A stretch of 64,000 bases of DNA from Pristiophorus japonicus (Eukaryota), in contig NW_027251299.1 in the NCBI RefSeq assembly GCF_044704955.1, forward strand, positions 806,001-870,000, written 5' to 3'. The number at the start of each line of letters is the position of its first letter. The first letter of the stretch is position 1. Positions 12,541-24,089 of this stretch are shown here, in pieces. The position numbers were made by a program, and so were the translations under genes. Under the pieces are notes generated by a model, which was not told the DNA's origin, did not search any database, and worked only from the letters and a program-made list of their open reading frames with translations.

Positions 12541-12609
12541 GGTTTTTGTATTGACAGTAATTGCTGTGCCACCCACTGTACCACAGTGAGACACACCGTG
12601 CCAAATACT
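12541..12609 (-). other. DH2 segment (coding 12569-12581, GTACAGTGGGTGG) with 12/12 RSS
   Basis: J-facing RSS CACAGCA-12-ACAAAAACC (12568-12541); V-facing RSS CACAGTG-12-CCAAATACT (12582-12609). 12/12 is the known shark D2 layout. Confidence 0.92.
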
Positions 12610-12829
12610 TCAGCTGACAGTTAACTGTAAAATACAGAGACTAAATTGCACAGTGCTCTAAAAAACTTAATTCCGACTCCCATAGGAGTGCAGCAGCCAG
12701 ATATTTCAGGCTGTGCTGGTCATTTTAATAATCTATTTTACTTCGACCCATTGCTTTATTTCAAGCCTCGTTTGCTTCGAATCTCCTGCGATGGCAATGA
12801 TCGCAGGCGTGTGCAAACTCCGTGTGGGG

Positions 12830-12910
12830 GTTTTTTGTACGAGGCGCTCGCCGTGTACAACACCGTGACCCCGCTGTAGTACCACAGTGGCAGGGACCCG
12901 CACAAATACT
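12830..12910 (-). other. DH1 segment (coding 12868-12882, GTACTACAGCGGGGT) with 12/22 RSS
   Basis: D2-facing RSS CACGGTG-22-ACAAAAAAC (12867-12830); V-facing RSS CACAGTG-12-ACAAATACT (12883-12910). 12/22 is the known shark D1 layout. Confidence 0.92.
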
Positions 12911-13261
12911 CTACTCAGTCTCTGATTAACGCTGGCAGAAAATAAATTGCTCAATCAACAGAAAGGTTTATCAGATTTTGATTGTCGAATGCTGATTCTT
13001 TCTGAGAGCGCAGAAATGGACCAAAGTCCTACCCATAGTTACAATATTAAAGCTTTCATTGAATCCTCGTTGTTAATCCTGGACACAGTAACGATAAACC
13101 ATCTTCATCTATACAAAGTTAGTTAATGTGCATTTTATTCTTCAACAGTTTATTGCTGCAGCAGATACATTCTTGCAATCTAGGTTAAACACATTTCTTG
13201 ATATACTTTACACCGTTACTGACCTAGAATTCGATGGAAGATGCTGCAATTGCTCTTGTTC

Positions 13262-13300
13262 AGTTTCTGTACGAGCCCAAGACGGGTTCGGGTCGCTGTG
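13262..13300 (-). promoter_or_regulatory. VH recombination signal sequence, 23-bp spacer
   Basis: CACAGCG (13300-13294), 23 nt, ACAGAAACT (13270-13262), immediately after YYCARD. Confidence 0.92.
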
Positions 13301-13603
13301 GGTCTCTTGCACAGTAATACATGGCGGTGTCTTCGGTTCTCAGATTCTTGATCTCGATGTAGGTTGTGGAAGATGTACTTGAAGGGATGATCCGACCTTC
13401 CACTCCAGGCGCGTAATATGTGGTACTGGACGCTTTATCGTAAGCAAGCAGCCACTCCAGCCCCTTCCCGGGAACTTGTTTAACCCAGGACATGTCGTAG
13501 CTGTCCAAACTGAACCCGCTCACTGAACAGGACAGTTTGTGAGATTCTCCGGGCTTCATCGACACAGAAGCCGACTGGGTCAGCACGATTTCGGACTGGA
13601 CAT
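13301..13603 (-). CDS. IGHV: VH exon, unrearranged; sequence resembles the IgW V family
   Basis: Acceptor ctgacag| at 13604-13606. Encodes (Y)VQS-EIVLTQSASVSMKPGESHKLSCSVSGFSLDSYDMSWVKQVPGKGLEWLLAYDKASSTTYYAPGVEGRIIPSSTSSTTYIEIKNLRTEDTAMYYCARD, with canonical Cys, Trp, GLEW and YYC and no stops. Confidence 0.95.
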
Positions 13604-13715
13604 CTGTCAGTGAATGAAATAATTTGTAATTACTTTCGAGAACATTCACATCAATGAAAACACAATATCTGAAGCCGCCTTGTATTGTGTCACGGAAGCA
13701 GCGAGGAATACTCAC

Positions 13716-13761
13716 AGGTGAAGCAGGCCAGAAACAAACAGAGACACGGGGCAAGTCCCAT
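13716..13761 (-). CDS. IGHV: VH leader (signal peptide) exon, MGLAPCLCLFLACFT
   Basis: ATG at 13761-13759, 46 nt, phase-1 donor |GTGAGT, 112-bp intron. Splices in frame to give the 19-aa leader MGLAPCLCLFLACFTYVQS. Confidence 0.92.
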
Positions 13762-13849
13762 CGTCGGGTCTCTCGGTGTAACTGACTCGGGAAGGTGTCT
13801 CGGCGCCGCAACACCGCCTCCTGATTGTGAACCTGGAGCTGGGTCCCGC

Positions 13850-13950
13850 TATTTAAACTGTCCGGTCCCCTGTGTGTTTGTGTGTATGTGTGTGAGAGAG
13901 AGGGGGATGGGGACTGGGAGTCACACGCCTCCCCCAGCAGCAGACTGACT
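13850..13950 (-). promoter_or_regulatory. Putative VH promoter (TATA-like TTTAAATA at 13857-13850; upstream TG/GA microsatellite and TGACTC motifs)
   Basis: TATA-like box about 90 bp upstream of the leader ATG. No ATGCAAAT octamer nearby, consistent with shark IgH promoters lacking the octamer. Confidence 0.5.
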
Positions 13951-14174
13951 CCTCCCCTATTTTCCTGTCTGAATCCAGCTGTGTAAAATATAATACATCA
14001 TTAATAATCCGTGTTTTCTGTACATTATCCAAAATTACCTTGACTTTGATTGCCGATATACTGCTGGGGTTATATACCGAATATCCAAAAGATTTTCAGT
14101 AGAACACTGAATCAGTGTCAGGATTTACATTCCCCACAAACAGCCCACATTGACTCCGTGTCCAATTCCTCTCA

Positions 14175-14440
14175 GCTGGATGTAAACTATCCCATGGCAT
14201 TATTTCGAACAAGAGCAGGGGAGTTCTTCCCTGTGTTTGTTCAATATTTATCCCTCAACAAACTTCACTAAAATATAATTTAGTCATGTATCACGTTGCT
14301 GTTAGTTGGATCTTGCTGTGCACACATTGGCTGCCGTGTTTCCCTCCATTACAACAGCGATAACACTCCAAAACGTAGTTAATTGTCCCGAAAGAGCATC
14401 CTGTTTTCGAGAAAGCAGCTATATAAATGGAAGTCTTTAT
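14175..14440 (+). mobile_element. DeuSINE (SacSINE1/AmnSINE1-like) fragment
   Basis: gatgtaaa..cccatggca...ggatcttgctgtgcacacattggctgccgtgtttcc..attacaacag...ctatataaatg resembles the Deu-domain core and 3' tail as I recall them. Confidence 0.65.
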
Positions 14441-15809
14441 TTTTGTGATCGGCAACTGCTTCTGGGATGGATATGCTTCCCGGTTATACAGCAGGGAAAG
14501 CTAAGTTTGGGAACAACATTACATTTTATCAGATAGCATCCATCGCGCCTGTGCAGCTCCACACTTAATACAATCGTCCCTGACCCAAATCGGGCACTGG
14601 ATCTCAGTCCACCCGTTTGAAGACTGTTACTTTATTTCACGCTGAGCAATTCTAAATGTTAAAAGTGAAGATCTGCACCTATCTGTATAATTGTGAGGAG
14701 TTCGCACAGTCCGCCCAAAGCTATCTGGGTGAGAATTAAATCACTCTGCCTCGCTCTCTAATCGAAATTACATTACTGTCCCAGCGACCATGGAAATGTC
14801 CTCAATACTAAAGATTAAACGGTGTCGATCAGTGTGAAAAGATTATCCGTAGCTTTGGGATATTATTGATTTGAGGTAACATTTTTAATATGCACCTGGA
14901 AAGGGAAATCATTATCATAAATGCTTTAATTGAGTGTCACCACCGTGCAGTTTGATTCGGTGCTGACCTTAACCCAGCTATGGCCAGCTGTTGTGATGCC
15001 AAGTGTATGTCTCTCACAGTTGTACCAGGGCGTGTTTTATTTAAAAATATAAAGGTTGTCAATGACAATTAGATCAAAACTTGAGTAACTAGAATTCCCG
15101 GTCAGAGGCTCCATCACTGGGCCTGTAACGCGGCAGACTGCAGCTCATGGGGTCAAGTATAAATTATCAAAGGGACCAAGAATTGTGATATGGATTATTG
15201 CGATCTTTATATCTGTACCCCTATATGTGTATGTGATACCAGCACAGGCTTCAATTGCCGTCTGCTGGATTGTAATAGAACAATCCAGAGAAGATTTGTC
15301 CTTCATTAATTGATGCATCAAATGCTTTGCATTGCTCTAATTATATTGTCTTCTGTACTGCACATGTCATACACAAAACATCATGTTTTTAAGGTCATGC
15401 CATCAAAAATATATTTTAGATGGATGTTGCCTACTGATTCAGTAGTCGAAGAATTAACTTCCAAGTTGATCCCACCCACGCACAGTCCATATCTCTCCCA
15501 CACATTTTGTCACAGAGATCCATAATTTCACCATCAGGGACGGGCGAGAACTCACAATGTAACTTGCAGGAAACATCTGCTGGTTCGGTGCAGAAAAACA
15601 ACTAGCTGTTTCCCGCCCGCTGAGCAGAGATAGAAAGCCTACTACAACCACCTGTGAATGGAACCTATTTGAACACAAATCTGCCCAGCAACAATATACT
15701 CGTACTGGCAAGGAACATCCCCATTGGTAATATGGAGATCATTTCAAATGACTTGTTATACCTGGGAATGATTCCCAGATCCTGCGACCTATCTGAGCCA
15801 CCAGAATCC

Positions 15810-16520
15810 ACAAAACCTGCTGAGTCATTGAATATATTCAAGGCTGAGATACATAGTTTTTTGTACTCTAGGTGAATCAAGGGATATGGGCTTAAAGCAA
15901 GAAAGTTGAGTTGAGGTAGATGATCAGCCATGATCGTACTGAATGGTGGAGCCGCCTCGAGGGGCCTTGTGGCCTACTCCTGCTCCTAATTCTTATGTTC
16001 TTATATAACTTCACACCTTCCCATGAAAACCTCCTCAGAATTGATAACAGTAATTGTGTCCTTTCTGCATTAACTCCTCCTGATCTCTTAGCTCTCTTGT
16101 GGTTTGCTCTGAGAAATTCCTTTGGAGTTTGGAAGAATGAGAGGCGATCTCATTGAAACATATATGATTCTGAGGGGGATTGACGGTCTAGATGCTGAGA
16201 GGTTGTCCCGCTGACCGGAGACTCTGGAACTTGGCAGCATAATCTCAAGATAAGGAGTCAACCATATCAGGCTGAGATGAGGAGGAATTTCTTCACTCAG
16301 AGGTTTGTGAATCTTGGGAATTCTCTGGCCCAGAGGACTGAGGATGCTGAGTCCTTGATTAGATTCAAAACTGAGATCGATAGATTTATGGACTCCAGAA
16401 GAAGCAAGGGATATGGGGATCGGACGGGAAAGTGGAGTTGAGGTCGAAGATGGGCCATGATCATATTGAATGGCAGAGCAGGCTCCAGCTTCCGTGTGGC
16501 TCCTCATTCTTATATTCCTA
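15810..16520 (+). mobile_element. Two short CR1 3' ends
   Basis: Typical CR1 3' UTR (gatcagccatgatc...ggcctactcctgctcctaattcttatg) seen twice, ending near 16005 and 16520. Confidence 0.8.
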
Positions 16521-17119
16521 TATCACTTCACATCTGCCCAAGTAAATCTTCTCAGAATTTGCAGCAGTAATTGGATCCTTTCTCCCTTAACTCCACCTGA
16601 TATCTTAGCTCTCTCATGGTTTGCTCTGAGAAATACCTCTGGGTGAACGTCACTGGGAAAATGCAAGATGTTGTGTGTGGAATTAAATAATCATGTTGAA
16701 AAAACTCTGGCGCTTGCAGTAGATGGGTATCACCAGCAGGTGGCGACAGTGATCTTATTGAAACAGGAATCATGCAGAGGCTGCTGTTGCTGAGCTGATA
16801 AGTCACCGTATGCATTCTCAGAACAAGTTATAGCATTGCTATCAATCAATATTTAATAATACTCAGATTACTGCTCAGTTCAATTGGAAGAGAGCTTTCA
16901 TCCTTAGAATTAGAAGGAGAAATAAAGATTAGATTTAGTCAAATCCAGACTATGGGAAGTATGTCAAGGCCTTGGTGATGCTGCGGAGCAGAACGTCTAG
17001 TAATTTATAAGAGTGAAGTATTTCAGTTATGAGGAGACTGGAGAAACTGGGATTGATCTACTTAGATCAGAGAAGGTTAAATGGTTCTTTAATAGTAATT
17101 AAATATTGAAATGTTGTCA

Positions 17120-19700
17120 TAGATTCAGAGAGGATTATTGCACAGAATGAGGCCATTGTGCCCATCGTCCCTGAGCTAAAAAAAGAGCCATCCAGCCGAA
17201 TCCCACTTTCCAGCACTTGGTCCGCAGCCTTGTAGCTTAGGGCACTTCCAATGCATAATCATGTGCTTTTTAAATGTGATGAGGATTTCTGCCTCTACCA
17301 CTATTTCAGGCAGTAAGTCAAAAATCCCCACCACACTCTGGGTGAAATAAATTTTCCACGACTCCCCTCAAATCCTTCCACCAATTACATTAAATTTATG
17401 TCCCCTACTTACTGGTCTCTCTGCTGAGGGAAATAGGTACTTCCTATCCACCCTATCGAGGCACTTCATAATCTTATACTCCTCAATTGAATCTCCCCTC
17501 AGCCTCCACTGTTCGAAAGAAAACAACCCCAACCGAACCAAACTATCCTCAGATCTAAAAGTCTCCAGTGCTGGCAAGATCCTCATTATCCTCCTTTGTA
17601 CCCTCTCGAGTGCAATCTCATATTTCCTTTAATTTGGTGACCAGGCTGCACGCAGTACTCTACCTGTGGCCTAACTAGTGTTTTGTACAGTTCAAGCATA
17701 ACCGCCCTGCTCCTTTATTCTATGCCTTGGCTACTCAAATAAAGTATACTGTATATCTTCTTAACCACCTTATATACCTGTCCTGCTACCTTCAAAGATC
17801 TGCGGACATGCACTCCGTCCCTCTGTCCCTATACATTTCTCAGTGTTCTATCATTTATTGTCTATTACCTTGCCTTGATAGCCCTCCCCAATTGCAGTAC
17901 ATCACACTTCTCCAGATTGAATTTCATTTGCCACTGTTGTACCCACTTGATCAGTCCATAGATATCTTCCTGTAGTCTACAGCTGTCTTCCTCAATATCA
18001 ACCACACTGCCAATTGCTGTATCATCTGCAATCTTCCTAATCATGCCCCCGACATTCAAGTCCAAATCATTGATATATAACAAAAAAGCAAGGGAATTAA
18101 TACAGAGCCCTGCAGAACCCCTCTGGAAACATCCTTCCTGTCACAAAAACACCCATCGACCATTCCGCTTTGCTTCCTGCCTCTGAGCCAATTTTGGATC
18201 GAACTTGCCAGTTTCCCTTGGATCCCATGGGCTTTTACTTTTTCTGACCAACCTGCCTTGTGTGACCTTGTCAACGGCCTTTCTGAACTTGATGTAGATT
18301 ACATCAAATGATTCCTGATCGACCCTCCTCATTATCTCCTCATAAAATGTAACCAATTTAGTCAGATATGACATTCCTTTAACAAAACCATTTTAACAGT
18401 CCTTGATTAATCTGTGATATTCTGAATTAACATTTATTCTGTCCCTCAGTACATTTTCCAATAATGTTCCAACCACCGAGGTTCGGCTGAATGGCCGATA
18501 ATTACTTGGTCTATCCGTTTCTCCCTCTTTAAACAATGGCACAATGTTCGCAGTCCTCCAGTCCTCTGCCCCCATGCTAGTAACCAGAAAGGTTTGAATA
18601 ATGATGGTCAGAGCCTGCGCTCTTTTCTCCCTTGCCTCGCTTAACAGCCAGTGGAACATTACATTCGCGACTAATGATTTGTCTATTTTTAAAGATGCTA
18701 AACCACTTAATTCTTCATCTGTCTCTAGGTTTATCCCATCTAATATTTCATACTCCTCCTCATAAACTACAGTGTCTGCATTGTCCCTCTGTCTGTGAAG
18801 ACAGACGCAAAGTATGTATTGAGAACCATACCAGTGTCTTCTGCCTCCACACATCGATTACCGTTTTCATCTCTACTCTTTCTTCATTTATTCCCTTGCG
18901 TTTTATGTATTTATAAACCAGCTTTGGGTTTTCCTTGATTTTACTTGCCAACATTTCCATGCCCACTCTTTGCTTTCCGAATGTCCCTTTTCATTTCAGC
19001 CCTCCACTTTCTATACTCCCCGAGGTTGTTTGCAGTATTGAGTTTTCGGTACCTGCCAAAAACTTCGCTTTTTCCCTTATACTATTCTGTGTGCTCCGTG
19101 ACATCCAGGGGATCGAGATGTGTGAGTCCCACCACTTTTCTTTGTGGGAACATATTTGCTCTGTACCCTCCTGATCTCTGCTTTGAATGCCTCCCAATGC
19201 TCTGACACTGATTTACCTTCAAGTAGCTGTTCCGCGTCTCTTTTGTTAAATCACTTCTCAGCTTATTAAAATTGGCCTTTCCCCACTCGACATTTACACC
19301 TGGTCTACATTTTCCATAACTATGCTAAATATAACTGAATTTTGATCAAAAGAGTCAAAATGCTCTCCCACTAATACCCCTTCCTACTGGCCAGTTTCAT
19401 TCCCTAAAATTAAATCCAGAACTATTCGTTGGCATTACTACGTTCTGTCTAAAAAAATATCTTCTGAATGCATCTTAAGGGTCCTAGGGTAGTTGTCACC
19501 CCCTACTAATGTTCCCTATTGTTTTTGGACTTCTCACAAATGTAGCTGTATATTTGCTATTCTATCTCCCTCTAACTGTTTAGCGATCTATAGTTGTGTG
19601 CATGTCCCTTTTTTGTTCTTCCGTTCAATCTATATGGAATCATTTGATGATCCTTCCAAAATATCATCCCTCCTTACAGCTGTAATGGTTTCCTTTATAG
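17120..19700 (-). mobile_element. Large decayed CR1 LINE (ORF2 fragments)
   Basis: ORF pieces EDWRTANIVPLFKEG...NYRP, GVLQGSVL, YINDLD...KIADD, LGLFSFEQWRLRGD, broken by frameshifts. Confidence 0.9.
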
Positions 19701-19924
19701 GAAATAGGGTCATTGTCCTCTCTTGTGTTTGCATTTTCATTTCTTGAGGCTTTTCTCATTGGTACCTGCGTTTTATTTGTCTCATGCCTCTTATTGCTTT
19801 TCGTATCATTCTGCTTGCTATTAACCAGCTACAGCCCGGGGTATAGTTGTGTTTCAAGGCATGTGTTAGAGCCTTTAACTTTGATTTAACTACTTGAAAG
19901 AATAGACATGCTTAAGATCGAGTT

Positions 19925-20160
19925 AAGGCTTATGGTTGAAGGTATTTTAGGTTTTGGGTTTAGGTTAGAGTTAGGATCAGTAGTTTTGGGGTCACTCGGG
20001 TTAGTGTCATTAGGGTTAGAGTAGGGGTTATGGTTGGTGTTATGGATTAGTGTTGGTGTTGTGGTTTGCATCAGGGATCGGATTTGCGAGCTCGGGTTAG
20101 TGTTCCGGTAGGCTTTCCATGGTTCCATGGGGGTCACTTTAGGTTTGGATCGGGGTCAGA
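19925..20160 (+). repeat. Degenerate (TTAGGG)-like low-complexity tract
   Basis: Many gggttag, ggttag and ttaggg variants, for example ttgggtttaggttagagttagg and cattagggttagagtagggg. Confidence 0.55.
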
Positions 20161-20729
20161 TTTTTCTCGTTTTATATTTGATTGAGTCAATTTGTTAACT
20201 GGGTTTCTCATTCCCAGAATCTCTCTCTGTCTTCTTCCTTTGTGGGGTTGTCCAGCTCATTGTGGTTTCAAGCCCAATAATTTCCTGGGACGTAACCCCA
20301 CGTTCAATGAAATGTCTGCTGATTGCTTTGTCCTCATGTTCTGTTCTGGTGGCACTGAGGTGCCCTGTAAGCCTGGTTCTTTGATAGTTCCCTGTTTCCC
20401 CGCTAAACAAGATGTAGAATTGTTTGCATCGGATTGCCATAGATTACACTGGGCAGGTCGCATATAATCTTTCGGCTTATGAAGCCAATTTCCCCGTGCT
20501 CCTGCTTTGTATTTGGTTTTGGATTTGTAGCTATTTACATATCCCATATTGCTTGTCAGCAGAGTTCTGGTTCCCTGTATTCTTCTGCCAACCAACATGT
20601 AATTTACATTATTTTCTCTTTTAAATGCTGATGTTATGCTGTACTGGCTGAGTGCACACCTCTACATTCAGTTTTTCAAAATTATTTAAATTACTCTGTT
20701 AATTTGTGAGGCCACTTGACACAGGACCT

Positions 20730-22330
20730 TATGCAATATAAATAACAACAGGGTCTCGTGTAATATAAACAGAGACAGGGTCTAGTATAATATAAACAGA
20801 GACAGGGTCCAGTGTAATATAAACAGGGACAGGGTCTAGTGTAATATAAGCAGAGACCGGATCTATTTTAATATAAACAGAGACAGGGTATAGTGTAATA
20901 TAAACAGTGACAGAGTCTAGTGTAATATAAACAGAGATCGGACCTAGTGTAGTATAAACAGTGACAGACTCTTGTGTGATATAAACAGAGGCAGGGTCTA
21001 GCGTACAGTAAACAGCAACAGGGTCTAGTGTATTATCAGCAGAGACATCGTTCTCTGTAATATAAAAAGAGACAGGACTTAGAAATCGAGGAAGACTTGC
21101 TTCCACTCTGAAAATGAGATCTTAGCTGACAGAATAATCCAATATGGGAATTACAGTCTCTGTCACAGGTAAGACAGACAGTCGTTGAGGGAAAGGGTGG
21201 GTGGGACTGATTTGCCGCACGCTCCTTCTGCTGCCTGTGCTTCGTTTCTGCATGCTCTCGGCGATGAGACTTGAGGTGCTCAGCACCCTCCCAAATGCAC
21301 TTCCTCCATTTAGGGCGGTCTTTGTCCAAATACTCCCAGGTGTCGGTCGGGATGTTGCATTTTATCAAGGAGACTTTGAGGGTGTCCTTGAAACGCTTCC
21401 TCTGCCACCTTGGACTCGCTTGCAGTGTCGTAGTAGAGCGCTTGCTTTGGGAGTCTTGAGTGAGGCATGCAACACTTTGGCAAACCCAGCAGAGCTGGTC
21501 GAGTGTGGTCAGTGCTTCGATGCTGAGGATGTTGGACTGGTCATGGGTGCTAATGTTGAAGCGTCTGGCCTTCCAGGGAATTTGCAGGATCTTGCAGGGA
21601 AATTGTTGGTGGTATTTCTCCAGCGATTTGAGGTGACTCCTGTTTATGGTCCACATCTCTGAGCGATGCAGGAGGGCGATTATCACTACAGCCCTGTAGA
21701 TCATGAGCTTGGTGGAAGATTTGATGGCCTGGTCTTTGAACACTGTTTTCCTCAGGCGGCCGAAGGCTGCGCTGGCACACTGGAGGCGTAGTGAAGCTTG
21801 TTGTCAATGTTTGCTCTTGTTGTTAATTGGCTCCCGAAGTATGGAAAGTGGTCCACGTTGTCCAGGGCCACGCCGTGGATCTTGATGACTTGGGGTTAAT
21901 GTGGTGGAGTCAGACTTGTGGATGATCTTTATCTTATGGATGTTTAGTGTAAGGACCATGCTTTCATGCCTCGTGTAATATAAACAGAGACAGGGATCCA
22001 TGTAATAAAAACAGAGACATTGTCTAGTGCAGTAATAACTGAGATAGGTTCTAGCATAAAATAAACAGCAACAGAGTCTAGCGTACTACAAACAGAGACA
22101 GTATGCAGTGCAGTACTCCGGCAGTGTAATATCAAACGGGTTAAACAAACAGATAAAATATCTGTTTCAGTAATAATTGAGATTGGGACTTGTGTAATAT
22201 AAACAGAGACATGGTCGGGATATAATATAAATAAAATATGGTCGAGTGCAGAAATAAATGAGACACGGCCAAGTGTAATATAAAAAAAGACATGGTCTAG
22301 TGCAGCAATAACTGAGACAGGGCACAGTAT
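20730..22330 (-). repeat. 27-bp satellite in reverse orientation, interrupted by an RTE LINE
   Basis: Units of tagtgtaatataaacagagacagggtc at 20730-21078 and 21970-22330. Confidence 0.9.
21080..21968 (-). mobile_element. RTE-clade LINE, 5'-truncated
   Basis: ORF 21036-21743: TKLMIYRAVV...SEMWT...LEKYHQ...KILQIPW...KRFKDTLKVSL...RPKWR, ending in a CxxCxR..SxIGLF.HxRxH-type knuckle typical of RTE LINEs. Confidence 0.82.
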
Positions 22331-23015
22331 TAATCAGAAAATTAGAGGTGCATGTAACAAGGGTAATACAGTAATCATGGGGTATTTCAATCTACATATA
22401 GACTTAGCAAACCAAATTTGCAGTAACATTGTGGAGGACGAATTCATGGAATGAATACAAGATGATTTTCTCGATTAGTATGTTGAGGAACCAACAAGGA
22501 AACAGGCAATTTTAGAACCAGTATTGCGCAGTCAGAAAGTGTTAATTAATAACCTTGTAGAAAACGGGCCTATAGGAAAAAGTGGCCACAATGTGACAGA
22601 ATTTTATATGAAATTTCAAAGTGATTTCATTATATCCAAAACTAGGTTAAGTCTAAACAAATCAAACTATGTAGCTATGAGAGCGTGTTGGAAACCTGTA
22701 TTAAAAGGTATGATGGTAGACAAGCAATGGATAGCATGTGAAGAATTAATGCATAAATTAAGACAAACATACCTTTTTTAAGGCACAAAAATCGTGCAAG
22801 AAAATTGGTCCAACCATGGATAATAAGAGAAGTTAAAGATAGTATTAAATCAAAGGAAGAGATTAATAATGTAGCCAAAAATAGTAGTAAGCATGAAGAT
22901 TAGGAGGATTTTAGAATTCAGCAAAGGAAAACCAAGAAATTGATCAAGAAAGGGAAAATAGAATGAGAGTAAACCACCGACACACATAAAACAGACAGCA
23001 AAAGCTTCTATAGGA
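22330..23015 (+). mobile_element. CR1 fragment (endonuclease C-terminus/linker)
   Basis: GNTVIMGYFNLHID...VEEPTRKQAIL motifs. Confidence 0.8.
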
Positions 23016-23958
23016 CATGTCTTAGTTTTTGCTGAAATAGACCTTGTCTCAGTTTATATCACACGAGACAACGTCTCTTTTTATATTACACTAGACAATG
23101 TCTCAGTTTATATTACACTAGATAATGTCTTCGTTTATATTACACTAGACAATCTCTCAGTTTATATTACACGAGATAATGTATTAGTTTATGCTACACT
23201 AGACAATGTCTCCGTTTATATTACACGAGAAAATGTCTCATTTTAAATTACATTAGACGCTGTTTCAGTTATTACTGCACTAGAACATGTCCCTGGTATA
23301 TTATAATCGGACCTGTCTCCGTTGGTACTGTGCTAGACTTTGGTTCTGTTAATATTGCATTAATGCATTAGACCCGGTCACTGGTTATATTACACTAGGC
23401 CCTCCATCTGTTCATATTACACTGGGCCATGTCTCTGTTTATATTACACAAGTCTCTCTCTGTTAGTACTGCAGGAGAACATGTCTCGCTTTATATTACA
23501 CTGGGACCTGTCTCAGTTATCATTGCACTAGACCATGTCTCTGATTAGACTGCACTCGGCCTTGTCTCAGTATATATTACACGATGCCCTGTCTCAGTTA
23601 TTACTACACTGGAATATGCCCCTGTTCATATTGTCTTAGATTGGATACTGTCTCATTTATTACTGCACTCGCGTATGTACCTCTTCATGTTGCACGAAAC
23701 CTTGCTTCAGTTTTAATGTAATAAACTATGTCTGTGTTTATAATGCACTGGACACTCTCAGCTATTACAATCTACACCATGCCTCCATTTATATTACACG
23801 AGGCCCTGTCGCAGTTATTATTACACGAGACGATGTCACCTCTTTATATTGCACTCGTTTTTGTCTCTGTTTTTGATGTATTAGACCATTCTTCTGTTTA
23901 AATTATATGTTACACTTTCTCAATTAGTACTGCACGAGACCATGCCTCTATTTAATTA
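23015..23958 (+). repeat. 27-bp satellite, diverged array
   Basis: Units such as gacaatgtctcagtttatattacacta. Confidence 0.88.
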
Positions 23959-24089
23959 GATGATGGATGATCGGTATCTTAACTCCATCGACCAGCATTG
24001 GTTAATACCCTATCCAAACCAAATTTTACAAATCAATCGCTGGCAACAATCAGAAATAAATGCCTCTGCCTGTTATATCCTTCCCTTTA

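Noticed and set aside
12649-12690. Third D segment at the CACAGTG between D1 and D2
   Set aside because: No nonamer at 12 or 23 spacing and no opposing heptamer.
295-13761. IgNAR, IgW-constant, IgM1gj or TCR identity for the locus
   Set aside because: The C exons carry IgM CH1-CH3 motifs including a conventional CH1 and CH2, the V has full FR2/CDR2, and the segments are unjoined.
13260-13814. 184-aa ORF taken as the VH protein
   Set aside because: It reads through the 5' UTR, the leader intron (leader in a different frame) and the RSS. The real structure is leader 13716-13761 plus V 13301-13603.
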